NCBI GenBank assembly: GCA_002269645.1
Contig: NIVC01004480.1
Coordinates: forward strand, 1-44,636
From: Macrostomum lignano
Taxonomy: Eukaryota
Direction of reading: 5' to 3'
DNA: 44,636 bases
The notes below the pieces were generated by a model. The model saw only the letters and a list, made by a program, of their open reading frames with translations. It was not told the origin of the DNA and did not search any database. Below, piece by piece: positions 12,008 through 23,639 of this stretch. Position numbers and translations under genes: made by a program. Position 1 is the first letter of the stretch. Each line of letters opens with the position of its first letter.

Positions 12008-14359
12008 CTACCCAAGGACCACTGAAGTCACTTTGTTAAACTTCAAGTAGTCCTTGGCACTACCATATGATGATGGAGCAGATTCGGGCCCAAGGCGAAG
12101 CCGAGGACGAACTGCGTAAGTTTTTTATGCATATACTAGAAGAAGATGTTAACAGCCTTGTAAACGTATAGTGATGACGATTCTTAATTTAGTTTGCATC
12201 TGCCTCGCAACTCCTCCCTCATTTTTATGTACTTCTTCAATAGGCCATCAATTGAGCGGAGTTCGTGAAAAGCTGGGGGAAGCTCAAGCTGAAAATCGTC
12301 AGCTGCAAGCTTAAGTTCATCGGTTGAAGGCTGTCTCCGCTACGTCGTGCTCGTCGGAATCCGACACGACCGTGGCGAGAAGTTATGCGGTGCACGTTCT
12401 GGGTCGCGTCGCAAAGCGGTAGGAACAATCGCTTGGGCTCATCAATGAAGTGTGCAGCACTCTGGGCGGTTCCGATATGCGCCCTGCAGATGAAAACGGT
12501 CCGGATTCGCACGATGAGTGAGTGCGACCGTCGGGCTCCACAATTAGACCCCAGCGCATCCTCCGCATTTTTCATCCAAGGGCGTATTAGCACCGGTCAA
12601 ACCAAGCAACTGCACCGCAGTATGCACTAGGTTTTGGCTGTGCATTCGTCGAACGCAAAGCAAGGCAAGTCTGGAGTCATTATTTGTTGCGACACTGATC
12701 CAGCTTTCAAAGATGTCTTGGTGAGCATGCGCTACCGGCTATAGAAGCGCTGGCCGTAAAAAAACCGTGGACCCACAGACAAAGATGGACAAAGATGGGC
12801 AGGCGGATGAAAACTTCATTCGTTTGGACCATTCTGTTAGTCGTTTTCTCCGTTGAGGAGTTTAAAAACTCGAGCGTCTCCGGTCGTTGCAGCTCGCATG
12901 GCGAAGCTGAACAAGTCCGTGCAGATAAACTGCATGGAGACTATCCATGGTTACTGCAAGCACGTTTACGTATATAGCGAGCTGTATAGCGAGTGATCCG
13001 CCCAACGGGATGCATTTAGGGGTAGGTGATGGGGATCCCTGAAGAGTATCCAATGTTGCGATAGTATTTAATGGACGTACATCAAGGTATATCAAGCCGT
13101 ATATAAATATACCGTAAGTAGGATCAAAGTCGACCTGCCCATCTGGGTGTCATTGAGAAGGCCAGAAAAGCGTATTGATAGCGTTTTGTTTCGGAAAGTG
13201 AAATATAAAATTTACAGTTTTTTACAAGTGAATTTAATATTTCTCTTCGAGAGGACGGCTAAATCGAATTCGTAGTCGTGAAAAATTGGAACAATGAGCC
13301 GTTCTTGATAATTTTATGCTACGTTGATAAGCACAGGATTTGGCTGCAGGGATCCGGTTCAGTCACCCAGAATTCATTCGGAACTGTCGCCCGAATTTTT
13401 ATAGAGATACTTTTTATGCTTTTAGTACTGCTACTGTACAATATACGCAGTCGCCTTGCTGCCGAGCCCTTCTTTTATCGGCCTGAACAGCTACATCGAT
13501 AATTTGGATATCTGTTCATATTCATTTACTCAAAAGATACAACACCTACTAAATACACTGCAGGTGTCGGCTAACACTAAATCACTTAATTAGCCTTCTA
13601 GCTACTCGACCTGGATTTATTCATCATCGGAGGATTAAATTGAAAAAGGTTTTGTGCTAATCTTCTATTAGTATAATCTGTCTCAAATTTTCGGTATTAC
13701 ATTATATTTTGAGCGAGTGACCTTACAGCTAGCTGCCTTGTACATGTCTGACAACAGTGTGTCAACAATTTTTTCCAAGCTCAATGCAGAGATTTTAATG
13801 TGAATTAATTAACAGAAACAGAAGATAGGTCATACAAAAGCAGCCGATTCTCTACATGGTCGTGATGCTTCTGCAAATTACGAGAAAATGCCGACAGATG
13901 CTCGTCATTTTAGCGTTGCTAGCAAGAACTGTATGAAATAGATTTTCGTGGGAAAATTAATCAGTTCTTTTTGCGATCACGAACACTTACTCGATCAAAG
14001 ATTTAATTGCAGCTGCTGTGGGAATTTTTCCCACAAGCAATTGTAAATGCTTTCTTGTCTCTTTAAAAATCTTCTTTTCGAACCGATGAAATGATACTAT
14101 CAGGTATGATACAAATGTGCACTTGCACTTCACCATTGGCCGTCCGCTCAGATATGACCCACCTTCCGGCTCAGTCTGGCAGCCGACATTGACTGCAAGG
14201 GTGCGGGGGGACTTCAATCTGGTAACTGCGACAGCACTGACCTCAGGCCGGAGTTCGTGCTTCTGAGCTTTGCCTGCTTCTGAAAATTGTCTGATACTTC
14301 GACTGGAATCCTGGGATGTTGGAGCAGGTCGGGCAGTCAAAGTACAAGTAGTCAGCCTG

Positions 14360-14443
14360 GAAACGCGGTTTCTTGCTAAGAAGGTCGGTGTTAACACGAG
14401 AAGCTCCGGGACAGTGGATCACCTTGAAATTGTATTCTGCCAT
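14360..14443 (-). mobile_element. Ty3/Gypsy-type RNase H C-terminal remnant
   Basis: AEYNFKVIHCPGASRVNTDLLSKKP resembles the Gypsy motif xEYxFxIxHRPGxxNxxADxLSRxP. Confidence 0.5.
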
Positions 14444-15109
14444 GCGCTTCGTTGTTTACCGGTCCGAATTCAATGCACTTATATTTTCAGTCGTTGCCCC
14501 AGCGCTAATTTATTTTTCTGCGTCCCTGAACAGCGAGTTTCCGGCTCTGTTGGGGCTCGCCGGTCTCGACTTGTCTCGTTAATTAAAAAAAAAGCCTACG
14601 ACTATGCTATGCTCAACTGATAACGGCCTTCAACTTAACGCAGAGTATTAGCGCAGAAACACAACAATGCTCCAGCATCTGCACGAGCCCAAGTAGCTTC
14701 ATCGTAAAACAGTAGTCGTCGCTGCGTCGACTATTTTAATTCGCAGTGACGAGCCCTGTAGTTGCAGCCGTATGTGCCAGAACTTTGCCTCGAGGGCCGT
14801 ATATTTAACTTACAGTATGTATGGGCTACCTGCCGATGTGCAACTTTATGTTGCGCAATCAATATATTGGCCCCGTGCACGGTGAGGAGAGGGCAAGGAA
14901 AAGTGCAAAGGTAGCTTGATACACTAAATCTCTTCCCCCACGCGAGAAAAAACCACGAACGTACAAGTAATGAATTACAAGTTTGACTTGATTGTTGTGT
15001 CTCTTGAACACGAAAAAAGGGAAAAAACAAAGACAAAATACAGCGGTCCGTTACGATCACGAAAATTAGAGTTTACAGGCGCCTGGTCAAACTCGGGTCA
15101 CTGTAATTG

Positions 15110-15860
15110 TGCCGTCACTGGCTGTGCCTGTCGCACTAGCGGTCTGTCAGGCCCGTGATCGCCTTCCGAATACAGGTCGTCCAACTCCCAGGGGCATGAC
15201 TCAAAGCGGTTTCATGTTCCGCCGCATGGCAAGCTACGTCACACTGCAGCGTCATTGCATCGCCATCGACAGCTTTGACGACCCAAAGGCCGTGGGGTCG
15301 AACGGACACCTCAGCGTGGCCTTTTCCGCGGTCTCTGAGCATCACCGTGTGTCACAATACCGTGTTGCTGAAGCTGGTTCCCGAGGCGGCCTAGCTGCTT
15401 TGTAGGACCGGTGGGCAGGATGTCACTGATGTCTCTGTTGAGCACGAAGTTATTAGATATATGTTTGGTGCCCCGATGCACTGAGTTGCGGTATCCGAGC
15501 AGCCATTCGTGGATCGCCCGCCGGCAGTCCTTGCCTTCTATCGTGGCGGCATTGACAGTCTACGGTTGAAGCGCTCCACCTCGACGTTCGCTGCCGGTTA
15601 GAGAGGGTGACTCCGCGATGTTGAACTCCAAGGCCGTCGAGAAACTCCTGGAATCGTCGCTCGTAAAGTAAGGTCGGTTTGTCCGTGGCGAGCTGCTGCG
15701 GCTCACCGAATCGGTTGAAGGAGGCCATATACATGTAGCACAGTTGATGACGCTAGTGAGGCTGCGCACCACGTTAAAGTCTGGGGCTGCTGAAGTATTC
15801 TAGACCACCAAGACCACATTTGTAGGGAACGGCCCGCAGGCGCTCAGCAAAGTTGACGGT
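15110..15860 (-). mobile_element. Decayed Ty3/Gypsy integrase (rve core plus downstream region), frameshifted
   Basis: RFGEPQQLATD...FQEFLDGLGVQH, then after a frameshift EVERFNR and AATIEGKDCRRAIHEWLLGYRNSVH. These are typical integrase D,D(35)E-region motifs. Confidence 0.8.
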
Positions 15861-16799
15861 AGTCAAAGTTGAGCATGATAGTGAACTTTCCAAGTGCAGA
15901 GATTCTATAAACCAGTTGAAGCCGGTTTTGCAGACTTGTGACTTGCAATTGGGTTGTAACCCAAAATATTAGTACAGAGTCAAGTAAAGTACAACTGACT
16001 GCCGAGTTGTCTGGATTTGTCTGGCGTGCTTGCTCTGTGTGAAGTGCTCTCTTACACTGGCGGATCTTTCACTTTAGCGTCTCGGTGGGACCTCCAGAAA
16101 TACATGTAGTGTGTAGCGAGTCCGATATGTTTACTTTGTGAAGGTTAGGGTGCAGTTTCAGTAGTAGTATCTGATCTACGTCCACGGCTGCCACACGGTT
16201 ACAGGAAAAAAGACAAAAAATCTACATGTAATCAAACAAATTTACCAAACACGATAAATAAAATACGCTAGAGAAATAGCATCCCTTGGTAGTGCTTCTT
16301 TGGTTTATTTTTTTACTTCATTATATCTGCAGTTCTTTTAAAACGACAGAATGCGCAGGGCACAGGTATGAATTCAATCCCAGCTCAGCCGGAAACGAAG
16401 CGAGACAGCTTGAGCAGTCCGGAGAGTCCAGCATCAGTGATGCCGTATGGCTGCGGCTTCCTTTTACCAGCAGTCTTATACAGGGGCACAAGATGATTGA
16501 CGCCGCCCAACTTTCCTGTAGATCATAATTCTATCTCGGCAAAATTACAGGTATGAACGCGATGAAATTATACACGGCTCATGGCTGTTTCTGACATTTT
16601 TCTGCACAAAATAACCAAGAATTGTTTTGAGAAGCAGACTTTTTGTTTACTTTTGTGACTTATCATTTTAAGTCTATTCACTGAGGCCTAAGCTGTTTTA
16701 ATCTGTGTAGTAGTAAAGTCTCAATCCAAAAATGGCTTAGTTCAAAAAGGTAATAAAATAGTGTTGTCACAAACTGCTCCAAAACTGGCTCATAGGCCG

Positions 16800-16870
16800 C
16801 AGGGGTCGCAAAACTTCGGCCTGGAGGCCACATGCGGCCCGCGAAACCTCTCTATCCGGCCCTCGGGTCC
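16800..16870 (+). mobile_element. Isolated hAT (Charlie-like) transposon end
   Basis: CAGGGGTCGCAAAACTTCGGCCTGGAGGCCACATGCGGCCCGCG resembles the CAGGGGTCGGCAAAC...CGGCCCGCGGGCC...CGGCCC ends of hAT-Charlie/MER58-type elements (from memory). I did not find the other end. Confidence 0.5.
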
Positions 16871-16904
16871 TTTGAAACTTCACAATAGCAATGCGGCCCG
16901 ATCA

Positions 16905-17335
16905 AGACTTGTGTCTCTTCTCAGCTCTCTTCTTCTCTCCTCTCTCTCCTCTCCCCTCTCCTCTCCTCTCCTCTCTCCTCTCCTCTCTCCTCTCCTCTCT
17001 CCTCTCCTCTCCCCTCTCCTTTTCCCTCTCCTCTCTCCTCTCCTCTCTCCTCTCCTCTCCCCTCTCCTCTCTCCTCTCCTCTCCCCTCTCCTCTCCCCTC
17101 TCCTCTCTCCTCTCCTCTCCCTTCTCCTCTCCCTCTCCTCTCCCCTCTCCTCTCCCCTCTCCTCTCTCCTCTCCTCTCCCCTCTCCTCTCCCCTCTCCTC
17201 TCTCCTCTCCTCTCCCTTCTCCTCTCCCCTCTCCTCTCCCCTCTCCTCTCCCCTCTCCTCTCTCCTCACCTCTTCTCCTATCTTCTCTCTTATCTTTTCT
17301 CTAATTCCATCTCTCGCCCCTCTTCTCCACTTTGA
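16905..17335. repeat. Polypyrimidine (CTCTC/CCTCT)n low-complexity tract
   Basis: Direct reading. Confidence 0.95.
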
Positions 17336-18957
17336 TCTCTAATTTCTATTCCCTTCTGAAATGAGACAAAGTTTACAAAATAAATTGGCTCAATCAAATA
17401 GAAGTTAATTCACAGAAACGCGAGAAAACTAATAAGCAAAAAATCAGTTACTATTCCAGGTTCTCTGCTCAGTGACAACATGTTACTACATTATATTCCT
17501 GACTGATGTCTGTCATTTGTCTTCGTGAAAAAGCACCACTAACAGCATATGAGCTCGTACTGGGTCAGATTCCATGAGTACAAGTATAAACACTTTCGTA
17601 TATATATAATTAAGTAAGCTACTTGCATTCAGTTTCACGCCAGATTGTATTGCATGAGCGTACGCTCGTACAGCCCATTACCTCGTATTCATGGCTAGCT
17701 AACAAATCAGGAATGGAGGCTGGCAAACCGAATTTACGAAGATCCAAAGCTCTAATTGGGTGGAGAGAGAGAAGAGAGTTGCTGGAAAGAGATTTATTGA
17801 CCTATAAGTGCACGGCACGGAATGCTGAGGAGTGGCCCAGCGGTTTGAAATTTCTGAGCTTTCAAACGGATAGGCGGATAGACCTTCGTTACTCCGTTAC
17901 AATCGAGTTATTTCTGGTGAGCCATATATTTTGAGTTTGCATCTAGAGTGAAAAGCGGAAAACAATAAAACTTTATGCACCAGACACAGTTGAAAATGCA
18001 CGTAGTAAACCAGTTTTAGATTCAAGTAGCTACATGCATAAACCTCTATTTTAAGCAACTAAGCAACTCGCTCCGCGGGGAGGCGAACGCATGACCAGAG
18101 GGGGCAATGACCGTAGGCTGCCTATGACCGGGCAATGAACTGACGGACCTCCAGCACCAGACTGTCCCGCCCACATGATTGATAGCTTTGGTAGCGTTTT
18201 CGTGACCAGAGGGCCAAGGACCCCACCTGTAGCCAAGGTGCAATAGTTGGTCAATGACCACCACTGTATGTGACCTGGCGCACCTAGATCTTACTACCAG
18301 ACCTCTCGAGGCTAGAGCCCCGCCTGGATTGGTTACCAAAGGATTTAGGCTAACAGGGGAGACACATGCAGCCGAGTACAGGGACTCTGCTTGGGGCATG
18401 ATCGGGAACTCTGGGCTCAATCTGGAGGATTTCTCAGCAGGGGATCCTTTGTGGCTGTGAGCGAGGCGGACTTGCGGCTTCAATTACTAAGAGTAGTGTG
18501 AGGCGAACATGTACTAGCTATAGTTTAGATTGCTCAGGGCGAAGGGACGCGTCAGCATGGGGTTGCAACCTTCCTACTGCCATTCTGTGCCAAGACTCGC
18601 TAATCCCCTCTACTGCACGCACACGCGGCCCCGCAGCACGCACTCACAGGCGGGCTTTGCACGGGGAGAGGCCATTAGCTTACCCAAACTCCCTTATGCT
18701 TTGCCACCCCGGGGGAAAGGCTTAGCAAGCCATGAGTGAAATGATGGTGAAAGAGTGAATAATGAGGAGTTTAGTAATAGTTAACGATTAGGCCCTTAGG
18801 CAAAATAATCAGGCAATTAGGCGGCTTCACTATTGAATAAAATACAGCAAAAGATACGGTATCACAATTGGCTCAGCTCTCTAATCAAGCAATGGGAAAT
18901 AAGCAAACCCCGGATAAGCAAAAGCAATCAGAGCACAAATTAGTAACAGGAACTTAC

Positions 18958-19200
18958 CGGCTGCTGCACAGAGAGAGAGAGCGATGGAGTGACCGTGGGC
19001 GGCTGCTGGCTGCAGTCAGGCAGACTGTGAGGCGGCAGAGGTTCGTCCTATAGACGAATGGGTCAGATCAAGGTCTGACAGCGAGTCCAAAGAAGGACCA
19101 GAGGAGAGCCGAAGCGCTTAGAGGATTCTCATGCCGAAAACCGCTTCCATAAATAGCCTTCTTAGCCGCCGCTCCAAGGTCGTTTCCATGACTCCCTCTC
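18958..19200 (-). other. Candidate non-coding first exon (possibly of PRPS); 5' end approximate
   Basis: Consensus donor CCG|GTAAGT at 18958/18957 on the - strand, just downstream of a motif cluster at 19205-19239. No long ORF. Confidence 0.3.
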
Positions 19201-19204
19201 TCTG

Positions 19205-19239
19205 ATTGGCTGCCGGCGAAATGACGTCAGAATGAGTCA
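19205..19239. promoter_or_regulatory. Compact CCAAT-box + CRE + AP-1 motif cluster
   Basis: ATTGG at 19205-19209, TGACGTCA at 19222-19229 and TGAGTCA at 19233-19239. Confidence 0.45.
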
Positions 19240-21042
19240 TGATGAGAATCATGAGAACGGCATAGCAACATGAGAAATGGGGGAATTGCGCAATCCGGAG
19301 GTGGGGTGGGGGGATAATTGGCGCAGCGGGAGGTCGAGAAAGTGTTGCGCAAGCAAGCATTGAGAACAATAGGGCTGGGGTCGAGAACAAAGAAAATGGA
19401 AATGGGGGATAATTGGGGAGAATCGAGAACAATAGGAAAGTAAACATTGGAGAAAATATGCTAACTGAGTGCGAAAATGAGAACAAAAGAAAGAGAAAAT
19501 CGGAGAAAATGTGATAATTGGGTGCGAAGAGGAGAAAAAAGAATCAAAAACGAGAACAATAGAAGCGGAAGTGGGGTGGGTGTCGCATGAGAAATTTGGG
19601 GAATAGAACAATAGCATGAGAAAAGGTTGCGCAAGAGGGGGTGGTGAGTTATCGATGAGTCATCGAGGGGAAGAAGGGGTCACAAGGCTTGCGTCACCGT
19701 TTGGGAGTTTACTAAGGGGTGGGGAGACGGTGAGCGCACAAAGTACTGTGAGTAGGCACGGGAAGAGAGGGGGACAGCGCAGGAAAAACAGTCCAAAAAG
19801 AAAGAAAAAGAGGGAGAGTGGGAGAAGTACATAATAGATAGGGTAGAGCGCATAGGAAATAGAGTAGCGGGTGGAGGCAGAGGGAGATAGGGGCTCCGGA
19901 AAGGCTCGTGTGGTGGGGTGGGAGACGGAGCCGAGGCAGCAGAGGCGCAGCAGAGCGGGAGTCAGCAGGCCTGGTCAAAGACCTGGCCCAATCTCGACGG
20001 CTCTGCTCAGGGGGTGCACGGAGATCGGTGGTACTTTTGAAAAATTTCCCTTGCCATATCCCGCGACCAGAGCGTGGTTACATAACAACTCTGTACTCCA
20101 CAATCTACTGGGAAAAGTGCATGGTGCCCCCTGATACCTCTGGCGCCCCTGATACCTCTGGTGCCCGTAAACCATAGTGTTGGCTCCCATAAACCATATG
20201 TTGTTGACGCCCAAGTGATGACGCTTTTGCGGCAATCTGTTGCTGAGGTGTGCAATGAGCACATAAATCATCTCAGATGATCATCTCATCGCTGTGTGAT
20301 AACCACTGCTTATACAATATATAATAATACTTGTAGGAGGTTTGTGGGCACCATGACGCATCGCGTTCGGCGACATGGTCCCACAATCTGCACAGAGGCT
20401 ATTCTGCCCATTCTGCTGACTCCTGACCACATACAAGCGCGCCAATACTGTACGCAGACACACGCACACGCTCACGCAGGGTGGACAGCGGCGCTGAATC
20501 CATTATCATTAGGATGTCACCAGTTACAGATTGAAATTGAGATTAACAACTAATTTAGTTAGTTTGTCAACAGTGGGTCCTGACGGGTCCATCCGTTTCG
20601 CCAGCTTCGAAGATTGAGTCCAGCCGTTGAAGCAGAGACGCTTTTCACATCCGCAAAGAAGCGTAATTGAAAAAGAAACCGGAGAGAGAAGGGAGTTGAA
20701 AGTGAGACCGCAATGGAAAGGAAATTATCGAGGAAATACTTTTAGTTGGGTTTTAGCGGGGATCGGGAGTGGTACGCAGAAGTCTGTGGAAAGGGAGGCA
20801 GCGCGAAAGCGGCTGGTCGCCTGCCGCCCCCTAATCCCAACGGGGCTGAGGGAACTCGTTGATTAATCTCCCTCTCGATTCTCGCACTCCGCCTCTCTCC
20901 CTCTCAGCAGCGGCAGCGCCAGCAATCGCTCCTGTGTCAAACTAACACAAGAAACTCTCTCGGAGAGAAAGAGGAAATAAAGTCCAACTGCACCACAACC
21001 CGCGCCATCAACAGGCAAAGCCGAAGCGTTCAAGCGCCACAG

Positions 21043-21401
21043 ATGAACAACAGCTCGCTGGAGCAACAGCTGCAGGATCATCGGCAGCACCATCCAGTCT
21101 GGATGAAGCCAGTGTTTCTAATCTTCTACGCCATAATCTGCGTCCTGGGCACGCTCGGCAACTTGCTAGTTGTATTCGTCGTCCTGAGAAAGCGCAGCAT
21201 GCAGACAATAACAAACATTCTGATCACCAATTTGGCCATCTCCGATGTCATCATGAGTACGGTGAACGTGCCCCTGACCCCGGCTATTATGTTCATGGGC
21301 AACTGGACACTGCCAGTGGCCATGTGCAAGGTGATGCCAATGACCATGGGCGTGTCGGTGTACGTGTCCACCCTGACCTCAACGGCCATCGCTGTGGATA
21401 G
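21043..21401 (+). CDS. Neuropeptide GPCR (sNPF/PrRP/NPY receptor family), exon 1 (N-term, TM1-TM3)
   Basis: MNNSS glycosylation sequons, GNLLV, TNILITNLAISD, CKVMP...STLTSTAIAVDR. Donor AG|GTGCG, phase 2. Confidence 0.95.
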
Positions 21402-21571
21402 GTGCGTCAGTTCACTAGCAACAGCATTTCCTAAGGATATCGATGTTGTTGTCTTTAGTTCTGTCTAATTTACAGTCAAACAACAATTTATTTGACATTG
21501 ACGCTATAGTATAGCAGCGTAAAATGATCTGTAGACCTGTAAAAACAGACTCTGCACCATCCGGCATGCAG

Positions 21572-22133
21572 GTATCTCGTCATCGTCCACCCGTTCGTGC
21601 CTCGCATGAAGCCAATCCTCTGCCTGCTGCTGGTGCTGGTGATCTGGCTGGTCGCCCTGCTGATTAGCCTGCCGATCGCCGTCTTCCAGAAGGTCAAAGT
21701 CTCGCCGGAGGCGGCCACGGAGAGCTGCGTTGAAGACTGGAAGCCGGAGCACCGTCCAGTGTTCACCGTGGTGAGCTTCCTGCTGCAGTTCCTGCTGCCC
21801 TGCTGCGTCATCACCGTCTGCTACGCCCGGGTCAGCGCCCGCCTCAGCCGTCGGCGCCGCCGGCAGAACGCCAACTACGCCACCGGTGGCAAATCGAGCG
21901 CCCGCGAAGCCCAGGACGTCCGTAGGAAGCGTCGAACCAACCGGATGCTCATTGCCATGGTAACCATCTTCGTGGTCTGTTGGATTCCTCTAAACCTGCT
22001 GTGGATGCTGAAGGACGTCAACTTGGTCGTGGAGAAAAACTTCCACGTGCCATTCTTTGCCTGCCACCTGCTGGCGATGAGCTCCGTGATGTACAACCCG
22101 TTCCTGTACGGTTGGATGAACGCCAACTTTAAG
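21572..22133 (+). CDS. Neuropeptide GPCR exon 2 (DRY to TM7/NPxxY)
   Basis: Acceptor ATGCAG|G completes DRY. Contains ECL2 CVEDW, RRKRRTNRMLIAMV, CWIPLN and HLLAMSSVMYNPFLYGWMNANFK, closely matching sNPF/PrRP-type receptor motifs. Confidence 0.95.
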
Positions 22134-22309
22134 GCAAGGAGAAATGGGGAAGATTGACCTCTGTGATGATTTACTCGTATTAAGATTTATTTTAGACTGT
22201 CATGTGAATAGCAAACTTCCAAGCAGCTCGAGTGTTTAACTATAATTTCTTAAAATATTGTACATTCCTGAAAAGTTTACAACCCACCAAGCCAACGTCT
22301 TTTCTTCAG

Positions 22310-22792
22310 ACCGAGTTCCGCATCCTCCTGCCCTGTCTGTTTCCCAAGCGCTGCAGCAATGGCGGAGGCAATGGCGGACGCGGTGGCGCTGGCGGCGCTG
22401 GCAGCGCTGGCGGCGGCGGTGGCGGCGGCGGTGCGGCCAGCTGTCGGGGAAGAAGCCACCGCGGCTGCAACCTGGCCGACGCTGACTTCGATGACGGCAG
22501 CGCCCTCTACTGCGATGACGACTGTGAAAACGCCGGCGAGCCCTGCTTTGAGACGCTGTCGACATTCGACCAGAGCCGCAATCAGTGCGAAGGCTGCCGC
22601 GCTGCTGGCAAGGCTGCTGATGACGCCAGCGTCAACGCTCCCAAGGCAGTCGAGATGGCTGGCCACGATGGCGACGTTGAAGAAGTCGACCTCCTGCTGG
22701 ACTGCGGTACCAGCGGAGACGGCGTCGAGATCCCACTTAGGCCTCTGGGAACGGCAGCCGGAGCCGGTCAGTGTCGGTCGCCCAACATCTGA
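22310..22792 (+). CDS. Neuropeptide GPCR exon 3 (helix 8 and long Gly/Asp/Cys-rich C-tail); total 467 aa
   Basis: Acceptor TTTTCTTCAG|ACC at 22309/22310, phase 0. TEFRILLPCLF completes helix 8 (NANFK-TEF..LPC). Requires the donor AAG|GCAAGG. Confidence 0.85.
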   Translation, partial: TEFRILLPCLFPKRCSNGGGNGGRGGAGGAGSAGGGGGGGGAASCRGRSHRGCNLADADFDDGSALYCDDDCENAGEPCFETLSTFDQSRNQCEGCRAAGKAADDASVNAPKAVEMAGHDGDVEEVDLLLDCGTSGDGVEIPLRPLGTAAGAGQCRSPNI

Positions 22793-22850
22793 ACTGCTTA
22801 GGGCAGAGGATTTTGGGCAGGACTTTGGTGCGACATGAGGCGCACCATGC

Positions 22851-23045
22851 GTCAGAGTGGCGGTGTGAGGCTTATGGTGGGCTGTGTCATGTGTCAGAGT
22901 GGCGGTGTGAGGCTTATGGTGGGCTGTGTCATGTGTCAGAGTGGCGGTGTGAGGCTTATGGTGGGCTGTCTTGCGTCAGAGTGGCGGTGTGAGGCTTATG
23001 GTGGGCTGTCTTGCATCAGAGTGGCGTTGTGAAGGTTATGGTGGG
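22851..23045. repeat. 40-42-bp minisatellite (GTCAGAGTGGCGGTGTGAGGCTTATGGTGGGCTGTGTCATGT), ~4.5 copies, just 3' of the GPCR stop
   Basis: Unit starts at 22851, 22893, 22935 and 22975. Confidence 0.93.
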
Positions 23046-23639
23046 GCCAAATCAAGTACCCAAGCTAGTGGAGGTCACCAAGACCTAAAAATCGAAATGA
23101 TAAAGCGATTTGCATCGCATGATTTCAGGAATCAAGTATTCTAGGAAACAGGGTTTGCTTAATCCCCGATCAGTTGTTTAGCTGCGCAACGCACTTTTCG
23201 TAAACCGACCTTTCTGATATCTGTTTATGCCTGGCTATCTTTGTTGGAATTTTACCTTCACATTTACAGGGTTTTTGTGGGAAGACTTTAGCTTAGATTG
23301 ATACGTTTTTAGCATCAGCTTAGAACGCAGTCTTCGTTGTTTTGTTCCTCCATCGCAAATTCGGCTTCAATATTCAAAGCTTTGATTGTTTTTTGGTATA
23401 TGTCTGTCTGTTCTGTCTGTTAATGCAGCTATCCTCTCAGATATGTTTAATACTTAATTCTATCTATTTATTGATGTTGTTTGACTAATGTCTACGAGTT
23501 AAAGACATTTGTAATATTGGAATTGAAAATAACATTCATAAAATGTTTTCAATTTCAAGGGACTTCAACTTTGTGGTTGTAAGCGATTGTTATTGTCTCA
23601 GAGTTTTTGATTGATTTTTGTCATTATAAAATATTTAAA

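Noticed and set aside
16761-17342. Leu/Ser/Pro and Arg/Glu/Gly ORFs (also 23611-23925, 24580-25194, 36333-36558)
   Set aside because: They are translations of CT/GA low-complexity tracts.
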